From: the human T2T-CHM13v2.0 reference genome, Homo sapiens
Length of the DNA: 64,000 nucleotides
Assembly (NCBI RefSeq): GCF_009914755.1
Contig: NC_060927.1
Direction: 5' to 3' (one strand)
The position numbers and the translations under genes are program-made. The notes under the pieces were generated by a model that was not told the origin of the DNA, did no database searches, and saw only the letters and a program-made list of their open reading frames with translations. Below are positions 1 to 15,380 of the stretch, piece after piece. Each line of letters opens with the position of its first letter. The stretch's first letter is position 1.

Positions 1-164
1 ATCTGAGAACTGCTGCTTTCATAAAGTACAATGTCAGGTGAAATAGGTGGAGGCTGTTTGTAGTCAGGGGTTAGTAGAGATGGAAGAGACCCCAGGAATA
101 TCCTGGAAGGGGCTCTAATATTTTGTTTCTTGAATTGAGTGTCGGAAATATGGAGATGTTCAGG

Positions 165-475
165 TTTTGTTGTTGTTGTTGTTTTGAGGCAGGATCTTGC
201 TCTGTCACCCAGGGTGGAGCAAGTGGCACCGTCATGGCTCACTGCAGCCTCTGCCTCCTGGGATCAAGCAGCCCTCCCACCTCAGCCCTCCTGAGTAGCT
301 GGAACTACAGTCATGTGCCATCACTGTTGCCTAATTTTTGTATTTATTTATTTTTTGTAGAGAGGGGGTCTCATTATGTTGCCCAGGCTGGTCTCGAGCT
401 CCTGGGCTCAAGCAATCTGCTCACCTCGGCTTCCCAAAGTGCTGGGATGACAGGCATGAGCCACTGCGCCTGGGC
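165..475 (-). mobile_element. Alu (AluJ-like) with (TTG)n tail
   Basis: Reverse Alu body ending GAGCCACTGCGCCTGGGC; J-type TCCTGGGCTCAAGCAATC. Confidence 0.9.
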
Positions 476-821
476 AATATGTTCAGTTTGTAAGAAAAGT
501 ACTGTGTTGACTTCTTCTATGTGCACATTTCTTTAAGTAATAATTCAATAAAGCATTTAGAAAAATTGGTCATAATAAGAGTGATTTGTAGAGTGATTGG
601 CATGAAAGCTGATCACCTTAATTAGAACTACTCTGAAATGAGCACCAGGGGCCACCAAGAGGAGCCTTTCAAGGTGTCATAGCCAAGGAGAGGAGTGTGT
701 TGTGTACATCTCTGCATAAAGGATTTGCTGGTTACATGGAAGGATGAAGCCTCCTTCTGAGGAGAGAGGCAGCAAAGCAAGTGGAAGCCCAAAGCATTGA
801 GCTTTCTAAATGGACTTTGCT

Positions 822-1170
822 AAAATCCAAATGCCCATCACCAGATGAAGAGATACACCGATTGTTGTCTACCCACATGGTGGAATATTATTTGATCACA
901 AAAAGGAGGAAACTACATACGCTACAGCGTGGATGAACCTTCAAACAGCTGAAAGATCACATTCTACATGATTTCATTCAGATGGAAATCTATAGAAATA
1001 GGAAGTCGATTAGTGGTTGCTTAGGGCTGGTAGGGGCATGGGAGGATAGGGGGTGTTAGCTAAAGAGTATGAGATTTCTTTTTGAGGTCATGAAATGTTC
1101 TAAAATTGACTGGTAATGTTTGTGTATATCTCTGAATATATTAAAAACCATTGAAATGTAAAAAATGCAA
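822..1170 (+). mobile_element. Old L1M 3' UTR fragment
   Basis: CCAAATGCCCATCA...ATGGTGGAATATTATT...TGGATGAACCTT...GATTAGTGGTTGCTTAGGGCTGG motifs. Confidence 0.7.
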
Positions 1171-1372
1171 AGAAAAAACAGCCCAAGTTGCAATTTTATT
1201 CAACACTTAATTGGCTTTAAAAATAGATTCCAGGCTGGGCATGGTGGCTCACACCTGAATTCCCAGTGCTTTGGGAGGCTGTGGTGGGAGGATTGCTTGA
1301 GGCCAGGAGTTCCAGGCCAGCCTTGGCAACATGGCAAGACCCTGTCTGTACAAAAAAAGAAAAAATAAATAT

Positions 1373-2595
<1,223 letters not shown>

Positions 2596-2716
2596 TCAGC
2601 TACTCTGAAGGCTGAGGTGGGAGGATAGCTTGAGGCCAGGAGTAATTTGAGGCTGCAGTGAACTATGATTGTGACACTGCACTCCAGCCTGGACTGCAGA
2701 GCAAGACCCTGTCTCT

Positions 2717-2779
2717 TATACATACATATATACATACATATATATATATACATACACACACACACACGTACATACATAC
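2717..2779. repeat. (TA)n/(CA)n compound microsatellite at the Alu tail
   Basis: TATACATACATATATA...CACACACA. Confidence 0.9.
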
Positions 2780-3081
2780 CCAGGCTCTACCTCTGGTGAT
2801 TCTGACTCAGTAGGGTGGGGTATCCCCTAGGGATCCTACTGTTCAGCCTGGTCTGGGATCCACTTTTCACTGGGAACTGAGACACTGGCTGTGAGCCTTT
2901 CTGTCCTGAGATGTAGAGGTCATGGCGATGCAGGTTCAAGCTTAAGGAGACCTGACTGTGCATTAGGTATTGTGCTGAACATCATCTCTTACTCTCACAG
3001 CAACATCCTTAGAAGGTTAATGATGTGTCCCTGCTCTACAGATGAGCAACTGAGCTTTCAGAGGAGTTTAGCTTGTTCAAA

Positions 3082-3752
3082 ACTTACTCTTCCTATTGGA
3101 AACTTTGTACCCTTTGACCAGTGTCTCCTATCCCCTACCTTTCCTCCACCCCAGCCCCTGATAACCACTGTCCTACTCTCTATTTCTGTGAGTTCAACTT
3201 CTTTAGATTCCACATATAAGTAAAATCATGCAGTATTTGTCTTTCTGTGCCTGGCTTATTTCACTTAACAGAATGTCTTTCAAGTTCACTATGTTGTTGA
3301 AAATGACAGGATTTCTTTCTTTTTTAAGGGTTAATAGTATTCCATTGTGTGTATATAGTACATTTTCTTTATCCTTTCATCCATTGATGGACACTTAGGT
3401 TGATTCTACATCTTGGGTATTGTGAATAGTGCTGCAGTGAACATAGGAACGTAGAGATCCCTTCGACATATTGATTTCGATTTTTTTTGTCTATACCCAG
3501 AAGTTGGGTTGTTGGATTATATGCTTTGAAATCTATAGCACAGCAGCGTGACTATAGTCAATAATAATGTATCTTTCAAAATAACTAAGAGGGTACATTT
3601 CAAATGTCTCATCATAAAAATTGTCAGTAAATTAGGGGATCTACATATTAATTAGTTTGATCTAATCATCCCGCATTGTATACACATATCAAAACATCAC
3701 ATAAATGTGTACAATTATGATTTGTCAATTAAAATAACGTTAGTTAAAAAAA
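3082..3752 (+). mobile_element. L1MA-type 3' end with 5' inversion (3082-3522 inverted; about 3525-3752 sense), inserted in a MIR
   Basis: Inverted segment is the part of the 3' UTR immediately upstream of the sense segment; CTTGTTCAAA repeated on both flanks; MIR-like sequence on both sides. Confidence 0.75.
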
Positions 3753-5679
3753 TAAGTAACTTGTTCAAAGCCCCAGTTGAGATTGATGGAGCTGGGACAT
3801 GCACCAAGGCTGTTGCTCTCAGGCCTGCAGAGTCCTTGGTCCATGAATGTTGAAGCCCTACCTGAGATTTCTACTGAGATCAGTGTAGGGATTCAATGTC
3901 TCAGAATCATCCCATCCTCCAAGGCCCACAAGTCCATGACTGCTGCCTCTACCCCCAACCCTACTGACCTGAAATGTGGCCCCTGCTTTCATTTCCGGGA
4001 GCATACAACACTTACACCAAGCATTGATGGGTTTTGTTGACTTCATTTGAGATGTGGGGCCATAGAGAGGGTCCCATGATCCTTGCTTGGTGTTGGCCAA
4101 CTCATTGACTTCTCTCCTTTGGCTTCACCCTTCCCTTTTCTACTCACCTCCCCTGTCATGTATTGCTCTGGGAATTCTGAGCCCTGGTTCCTTTATTTTG
4201 CAGATAACCTTCACTCTTCTCTGCAATGAATCCCAAAAGTATGTAGTTGAGCTGACTGCAAGGTGCTTGAGATGCAAGAGACTCCACAAATGGGATTCGG
4301 CCTCTGGAAAGTGGTGGTAGTTCCAGATTTATGTGGATGTTACTTTGTTTTTCCCTATAAAATATATTCTTTAAACTATCAAGCTCTTGGCTCCTGGCTG
4401 CAGTCCTTTGCTGGTGGCAGTGGGCTGGGTACTGCCACTGGGGAGAAATGCTGCCCACTTAGAGAAACAGAAACTGGTTCTCTTTAAGAGGCAGAGGGAG
4501 GTTTCCAGTGCCAGTTTGTTTGGAGGCAAAATGGCTGTTGTATTAAAATTGCCCAAACTTGGGCTGGTGCCTTGTGTGTTTAGAGCTCAAAGCCACGATT
4601 GTTTTCATTTTTTTTTTTTTTTTTTTTTTTTTTTGGTGGTCGGTTTTCCATCCTTTTGCTTGGCAGGTTTCTGCTAATAGCTTCAACCTCAAGAGTCCCA
4701 TTATACAGACACTAATAGCACCTACTATGTGTCAGTCTGTAGTGCCTACTATGTACCAGGCATTGGAGATAATATTATGATGAATAAGATAAACATGGCA
4801 CTTGGAAAAGAGAGTCCAGTTCCCAATCTCAGCCCACCCCAAAGAGAGGCCAGAATTGGGCTTCCAAAGATCTCAGATGCCCTTGCATCATCTCCCTGAA
4901 GAGGGCGGGTGAAGCTTTGGTGTCTGAAGAGAATTTGGCTGGACAATCCCCAAGGTTTAGAATGATGGGAAGGAGCTGCCATCTGTGTTTAAGGTGAGAA
5001 GCGGGGGAGTGGCTGGATATCAGAGGAAGCCAAGATGAAGAGAAGGTTTTTGTGAGTTCCTAGGCATAGTGGAGACCTGTTATAGTGTGGGTCCCTGGGG
5101 CTGAGCCTGTGGGTCAGTGGAATGATGCTGTGAGGAGGGTCTTGTTATAGCAAGATAGCCCAAAAAAGGCTGATGGATCATGAGCAGCTGGAAGAACGGA
5201 GAGTTCGGGGGATGTAGTTCCTACCTGGCTTTCCAACAGTGTGTAAGCCCAGAATTCTTACATAAGCCCATGGAGAAGTGGAAGGAATGCTGGTAACGAC
5301 AAGATTGAATTCTCCACCTGCCAGGCATCCAGGGACTCAGAGCAGATTTAACTGAAGTTACAGAAATAGGAATGTGACATTTCCTACATGCGGGTGTGCT
5401 GGAGCAAATGTATTCCCTCTCAGGTTTGTGGGGAAGGAGAATGCTAACAGACAAGACTCCAGGTTTTCGCTCTTAAACCTGGTGCCTACATATGCATTTT
5501 CTACTGGATGCAGACAGAAGTTCCATATAGACATATCCATCGCTGCATCTCTCATGCCTTGTGTTCTCCCTAATTTTCCCTTTTTAACCCACAGAGGAAG
5601 AGAGTTCCAGCATCACTTCTGGCCTCTCAAGAGTGAGTTAGGTGGCCAGGTGGGGTTATTCATGCCTGTAATCTCATAA

Positions 5680-6706
5680 TGAATGGGTGGCCTGCCGCTC
5701 CACACCTGTGGGTATTTCTAACCAGGTGGGATGAGAGATAGAAAAGAAATAAGACACAGAGACAAAGTATAGAGAAACAACAGTGGGCCCAGGGGACCGG
5801 CGCATAGCATACCAAGGACCTGCACTGGCACCGGTCTCTGAGTTCCCTCAGTTTTTATTGATTATTATCTTCATTACTTCAGCAAAAAGGAATGTAGTAG
5901 GAGGGCAGGGTGATAATAAGGAGAAGGTCAGCAATAAACATGTGAGCAATAGAATCTATGTCATAATGAAGTTCAAGGGAAGTTACTATCACTGGACGTG
6001 CACGTAAGCCAGATTTATGTTTCTCTCCACCCAAACATCTCAGCGGAGTAAAGAATAACAAGGCAGCATTGCTGTAAACATGTCTTGCCTCCCACCTTAG
6101 GGCGGTTCTTCTCCCATCTCAGAATTGAACAAATGTACAATCGGGTTTTATACCAAGACATTCAGTTCCCAGGGACAGGCAGGAGACAGTGGCCTTCCTC
6201 TGTCTCAACTGCAAGAGGCTTTCCTCTTTGACTAATCCACCTCAGCACAGACTTTTACGGGTGTCGGGCTGGGGGACCGTCAGGTCTTTCTCATCCCATG
6301 AGGCCATATTTCAGACTATCACATGGGGAGAAACCCTGGACAATACCCAGCATTCAAGGGCAGAAGTCCTTGCAACTGTCTGCAGTGCATTGTGCCCCTG
6401 GTTTATTGAGACTAGAGATTGGCGATGAGTATTACCAAGTCTACTGCTTGTAAACATTTTGTTAACAAGGCACGTCCTGCACAGCCCTACATCCCTTAAA
6501 CCTTGATTTCATACAACACATGTTTTTGTTAGCTCCAGGTTGGGTCAAAGTGGTTTGGTCAAACTGGCTGGGGCAAAGCCGCAGATTAAGAACATCTCAG
6601 CAAAGCAATTGTTTAAAGTACAGGTCTTTTTCAAAATGGAGTCTCTTATGTCTTCCCTTTCTATGTAGACACAGTAACAGTCTGATCTCTCTTTCTTTTC
6701 CCTGCA
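5680..6706 (-). mobile_element. HERV-K(HML-2) 3' LTR (LTR5A/B-like)
   Basis: Minus strand starts TGCAGGGAAAAGAAAGAGAGATCAGACTGTTACTGTGTC and ends CCCACAGGTGTGGAGCGGCAGGCCACCCATTCA; polypurine tract at 6707-6720. Confidence 0.95.
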
Positions 6707-7589
6707 TATCCCCCTTTTCTTTTTGACAAAACCGCCACCATCATTATGGCCCCTTCTCGCTGGTCGCTGTCTCTCTGGAGCTGCTGGATACACCTGTAAA
6801 CTACCAATAGAAAGGACAGACATACAAGGATTAATACAAAATTTGCAACAGTGCAATTTCCAGTGGTTTTAACCCAAGTGACAGGGGGCAAGAGGACGGT
6901 GTGGGTGCTGCAGTACCCAGGCAGTCTCCCACCTCCTTTGTGTCTTAGTTGCTGTTTCTCATAGTTTTCGGTCTTTCTCCTCACCTGTTCACTCGCACCT
7001 TTTATCTCTTTGTCTCCTTTCTCTTACAGTCTCTCTCTTTTATACTATCTCTCTCCCCAGTCTCACTTTCTGTGTCTGTCTCTGATCTCTGTCTCTTTTT
7101 CTTTCTATTCTTCTCCCTGGCTCTCCACATGTGCCGTTTTCTTGGTGGATGGTAACTTCATTGGTTCTTCTGATATCACCATTTTGTTCACCCTGCGAGT
7201 CGATGATGCTCGATTGCGGGTTTTCTGTCTCTGCGGAGGCATTTTCATTTGCATCTCTGATGGGTTCATTGTAGAACTTCAAATGTCTAGTGGGTATCCA
7301 AACAGGAAGCTGATTTTCTCCTGGTGAAACACAAGCAAAACCTCTTCCCCATGTTATCACCTTCCCTATTTCCCATGTTTTGTTTTTGTTGTCTTTCCAC
7401 CAAATCAGTTTTCCCTCATGTGGGCTGTTCTTTTTACCAGTAAAATGTTCTGCAGAGGTAGCGGTCTGATTTCTATGTATGTTTAGAAAGTTTAAAGTAT
7501 AGAGTGTTAGATTAAGTTGCATCTGGGTAGTGTTATACTCCTTACTGTCTTTTTCCTTTTTTTGTTTAACCAATTGAGCTTTGAGTGTT
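6707..7589 (-). mobile_element. HERV-K(HML-2) internal remnant: integrase C-terminus, env N-terminus, non-env insert, env TM tail
   Basis: LYTLNFLNI...[47 protein letters not shown] (IN); MNPSEMQ...MKLPSTKK from ATG 7269; PVTWVKT...QQLQRDSD...AVLSKRKGG (TM tail). Confidence 0.95.
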
Positions 7590-8168
7590 TTAAGCAGGAC
7601 AGGTAAAATCTGCGTCTGGCACAGCCAGCCAGGTCTCCTTATCCTTTGCTTCCCTTTCTGCCTGTGACTGAATGGGTATGTCAGGGTCTAGTAGGGGATC
7701 CAGGAGGAGGAAACCTCATTAACTTCTATTCTGCAGCAATTGATGTCCACCCAACTTGAACAGTGGGGGCTTATCACCTCATGTACTAAGACCAGAGATA
7801 GCTGATGCCAAGGTTGGCTAAATTAGTAGCTTGAGATGTTAGGTTTTTCATTTGAGGTTTCCATGCTGCTATTGTCTTCTGCTCTTGGTCACAGAGGCTG
7901 CCACAATCCGCATGTCAAGTCCTCATGTGACAATATCCAGAGACAGCAAGGAAGAGGTACAGTGTATTCCTGCATGTTTCTTAAAAAAATGTTTTAGATA
8001 GAGAATAATTGTACACATTTATGGGGTCCATGTGAGATTCTGGTACATGCACGCAATGTGTAATGATCAAATCAGGGTCTTTAGGATATTAATCACCTCA
8101 AACATTGATCATTTCTTTGTATTGGGAATATTTCAAATCTTACTGCTATTTAGAAATATACAATAAAT

Positions 8169-10330
<2,162 letters not shown>

Positions 10331-11812
10331 AGAAATATACAACAAATTGTTGTAGTCACTTTCTGTGATAATGAACCCTAGATCTTATTCCTTCTATTAT
10401 ATATTTTTATACCCATGAATCAACCTCTTTTTATACCCATTAATCAACTTCCTATTCCCAGCCTCTGTTAACTATCATTCTACTCTTTATCTCCATGATA
10501 TCAATTTTATATAGCTCCAGGGCACACAAGTCCATAACTGCGGTCTCTCTCCCTGACCCTACTGACCTGAAACATGGCCCCCGCTTTGATTTCCAGGAGC
10601 ATAAACTGCTCATATAAGTGAGAACATGCAATAGTTTTCTTTCTGTGCATGGCCTAGTTCACCTAACTTTATGACCTTTAATTCCATCCATTTAGCTGAA
10701 AATGACAGGATTTCATTTTCTTTATGGCTGAATACTATTCTATTGTGCATATGTTCCCATTTTCTTTATCCATTCATCCATTGATTGATTGACACTTAGA
10801 TTGACTCCATATCTTGGCTATTGTAAATAGTGCTGCAGTAAATATGGGGGTACAGATATCCCGTTGATACACTGATATCCTTTTTTTTGGATACATACCC
10901 AGGAGTGGGATTGCTGGATCATATGGTAGATCTGTTCTTAGTTTTTTGAGAAATCTCTGTACTTTTTTTCATAATGGCTGTACTAATTTACATTCCCACC
11001 AACAACATACAATAATTTTCTTTTCTTCACATGCTTTCCAGCATTTGTTGTGCTTTGTCTTTTTCATAATAGCCATTCTAACAAGTGTGAGATGATATCT
11101 CATTGTGGTTTTGATTTGCATTTCCGTGATGATTAGTGATGTTGAATATTTTCTCATAAACTTGGTGATTTGTATATCTTCTTTTGAGAAATGTCTGTTT
11201 ATTTTTTGATAGTTTCTTTTGCTGTGCAGGAGCTCTTTCATTTAATTAGATCCCATTTGTCAATTTTTGCTTTTGTGGCAATTGCGTTTGGCATCTTCAC
11301 CATGAACACTTTGCCCATCACTATGTACCGGATGGTATTGCCTAAGTTGTCTTCCAGCGTTATTATAGTTATGGGTTTTACATTTAAGTCTTTAAGCCAT
11401 CTTGAGTTAATTTTTGAGTATGGTGTAAGGGAGGGGTGTTGTCTTTTCACTCTGTTGATTGCTTTCTTTGATATGCAGAAGGTATTTAGTTTAATATAAT
11501 CCCATTTGTCTGTTTTTGTTGCTTGTACTTTTTAAGTGTTAGCCATACAATCTTTGTTCTCAAGCGTTTCTCCTGTGTTTACTTCTAGTAGTTTCATAGT
11601 TGTGGCTGTTACATTTAAGTCTTTAATTGATTTTGAGTTTATTTTTGTAAGTGATGAGAGATAAGGGTCTAGTTTTATTCTTCTGTGTTTGGATATCTAG
11701 TTTCCCTGGCACCATTTAATGAAGAGGTTGTCCTTTATTCAATGTATGTTCTTGACAGCTTCTTGAAAATCAGTTAGCTGTAAATATGTGGATTCATTTC
11801 TGGATTCTTTAG

Positions 11813-12375
<563 letters not shown>

Positions 12376-12874
12376 CTTTGCAGTATATTTTTAAATCAGG
12401 TAGTGTGAGGCTTCTAGCTTTGTTCTTTTTGCTCAGTATTGCTTTGGCTACTTGGGGTCTTCTGTGGTTCCATATGAATTTCAGGGTTATTTTTTTTCCT
12501 GTTTCTGTGAAGAATATAATTGATAGGGATTATACTGAATCTCTAGATTGTTTCGGGTAGCATGGTCATTTTAACAGTATTAGTTATTCCAACCCACGAG
12601 CATGAGATCCCTTTCCATTTGTTCCTGTCCTTCTCAATTTATTTTATCAGTGTTCTGTGGTTTTCATTGTAGAGTTTTTTTGGTTTTTTTTTTCCCCATC
12701 CTTGGTTAAGTTTATTCCTAGGCATTTTATTTTTGTAGCTATTGTAAATAGAATTTCTTCCTTGATTTCTATTTTAGCTAGTTTGTTACTGGTATATAGA
12801 AACATTACTGATTTTTGTATGTTGATTTTGTGTCCTGAAGCTTTACTGAATTATACATCCGTTCTTTACAAAAT

Positions 12875-13209
<335 letters not shown>

Positions 13210-15380
13210 TAGGTTTTTCTGTTTACAAGTATAAGATTATGTCATCTGCAAAGTGAGACAATTTGACTTCCTCTTGTCCATTTTGGATGCCTTTTATTTC
13301 TTTATCTTATCACTCTGGCTTGGATGTCCCATACTGTGTTGAATAAGAGTGGTGAAAGTGGGCATCCTTGTCTTCTTCCAGTTATTAGAGGAAAGGCTTT
13401 TCAATTTTTCCCAGTGAGTAGGAAGTTAGCTGTAGATTTGTCATATATGCCTTTTCTTATGTTGAAGTGTTCCTTCTATGCATAATTTGTTGAGAGTTTT
13501 CATCATGAAGGCATGGTAAGTTTTACCGAGTGATTTTTCTTTCTGCATCTGCTGAGATGATCAGATAGTTTTTGACTTTCATCTTGTTGATGTGATGTAT
13601 CACATGTATTGATTTGTGTATGTTGAGCCATCTTTGCATTCCTGGGATAAATCCCACTTGATCATGGTATATTATCTTTTTCATTCATCATTAGATTTGG
13701 CTTGGTAGTATTATGCTGAGAATTTTTCCATTTGTGTTCATTAGGAATATTGGCCTGTAGTTTTCTCTTTTTGTTGTGTCCTTGTCTTCATTGGATATCA
13801 AGGTAATGCTGGCCTTATACAATGAGTTAGGAAGAATTCCCTCCTCTTCAATTTTTGGGAATAGTTTGAGAAGTATTGGTGTTTGTTTTTCTTTATAAAT
13901 TGGGTAGAAATCAGCATAAAAGCCTAGTCTAGGGCTTTTCTCTTTTGGGAGACTTTTTGTTACTGATTCAAACCTGCTATTCATTTTGTGTCATTTCAGG
14001 TTTTCTGTTTCTTCCTAGTTCAATCTTGGTAGGCTGTGTATGTCTGGGAATTTATCCCTTTCCTCTAGGTTTTCCAATTTGTTAGCATATGGTTGTTCAT
14101 AATAGCCTCTAATGATCCTTTTTATTTCTTTAGTAACAGTTGTAATGTCTCATTTTTCATTTCTGATTGCATTTATTTAGGTCTCCTTTTTTGTTTTTGT
14201 TTGTTTGTTTGTTTGTTTGTTTTGGTTAGCCTCACTAGTGGTTTTTCAATTTTGTTTAACTTTTCAAAAAACCAACTTTTATCTTGTTGATTCTTTGCAT
14301 TTCTTTTTTGTCTCTGTTGCATTTGGTTCTGCTATGTTATTTATTATTTTTTCTTTCTACTAATTTTGTGTTTGGTTTGTTCTTGCTATTTGAGTTCCTT
14401 GAGGTTCATCATTAGGTTGTTTATTTGAAATCTTTCTACTTTCTTGGTGTAGGCATTTATTGCTATAAACTTTCCTCGTAGTACTGCTTTTGCTGTATCC
14501 CATAGATTTTGCATGATGTGTTTCCATTTTCTGTTTAAAAAAATTTTTTGATATCCATCTTAATTTCTTCATCGATCCAATGATCATTCAATAGCACGTT
14601 TAATGTCCATGTATTTGTACAGTTTCCAAATTTCTTCTTCTTATTGATTTCAAGTTTTATTCCATTGTGGTCTGAGAAGATACTTGATATGATTTTAATT
14701 TTTAAAATTTTGTTGAGCCTTGTTTTGTGTCCTAACATATGGTCTTTCCTGGAGAATGTTCCATGTGTTGATGAGATGATTGTATATTCTGCTGCCGCTG
14801 GATGAAATATTCTGAAAATATCTGTTAGGTCCATTTGGTCTAACGTGCAGCTTAAATCTGAGGTTTCTTTGTTGATTTTATGTCTAGATGAACTGTCCAA
14901 TGCTGAGAGTAGGATATTGAAGTTCTCAACTATCATTGTATTGGACTCTATCTTTCCCTGTAGATTTAATAATATTTGCTATGTGTGTCTGGATGTGCTT
15001 GTGTTGGTTGCATGCATATTTAGAATTGTTATACTTTGTTGCAGAATTGATCCCTTTATTACCATATAATGACCTTCTTTGTCCTTTTTACAGTTTTTAA
15101 CTTAAAGTCTGTTTTATCTGATGTAAGTTTAGCTACTCCTGGTTACTTTTGATTTCTGTTTGTGTGGTATATCTTTTTCAATCCCTTCACTTTCAGTCTG
15201 TGTGTGTCTTTACAAGTGAAGTGAGTTTCTTGTAGACGTTGTTGGGTCATTTTTTATCCATTAAGCCTCTCTCTATCTTTTAGGTAGGTAATTTAACCCA
15301 TATTCAAAGTGATTATTGATAGGTGAAGACTTATTCCTGTCAATTTGTTCATTGTTTTCTGGTTATTTTGTATATCCTTT

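Noticed and set aside
6661-7269. In-frame Env N-terminus/insert/TM fusion protein
   Set aside because: The two env parts share a frame, but the insert has TAG after HVESQGEE and further stops.
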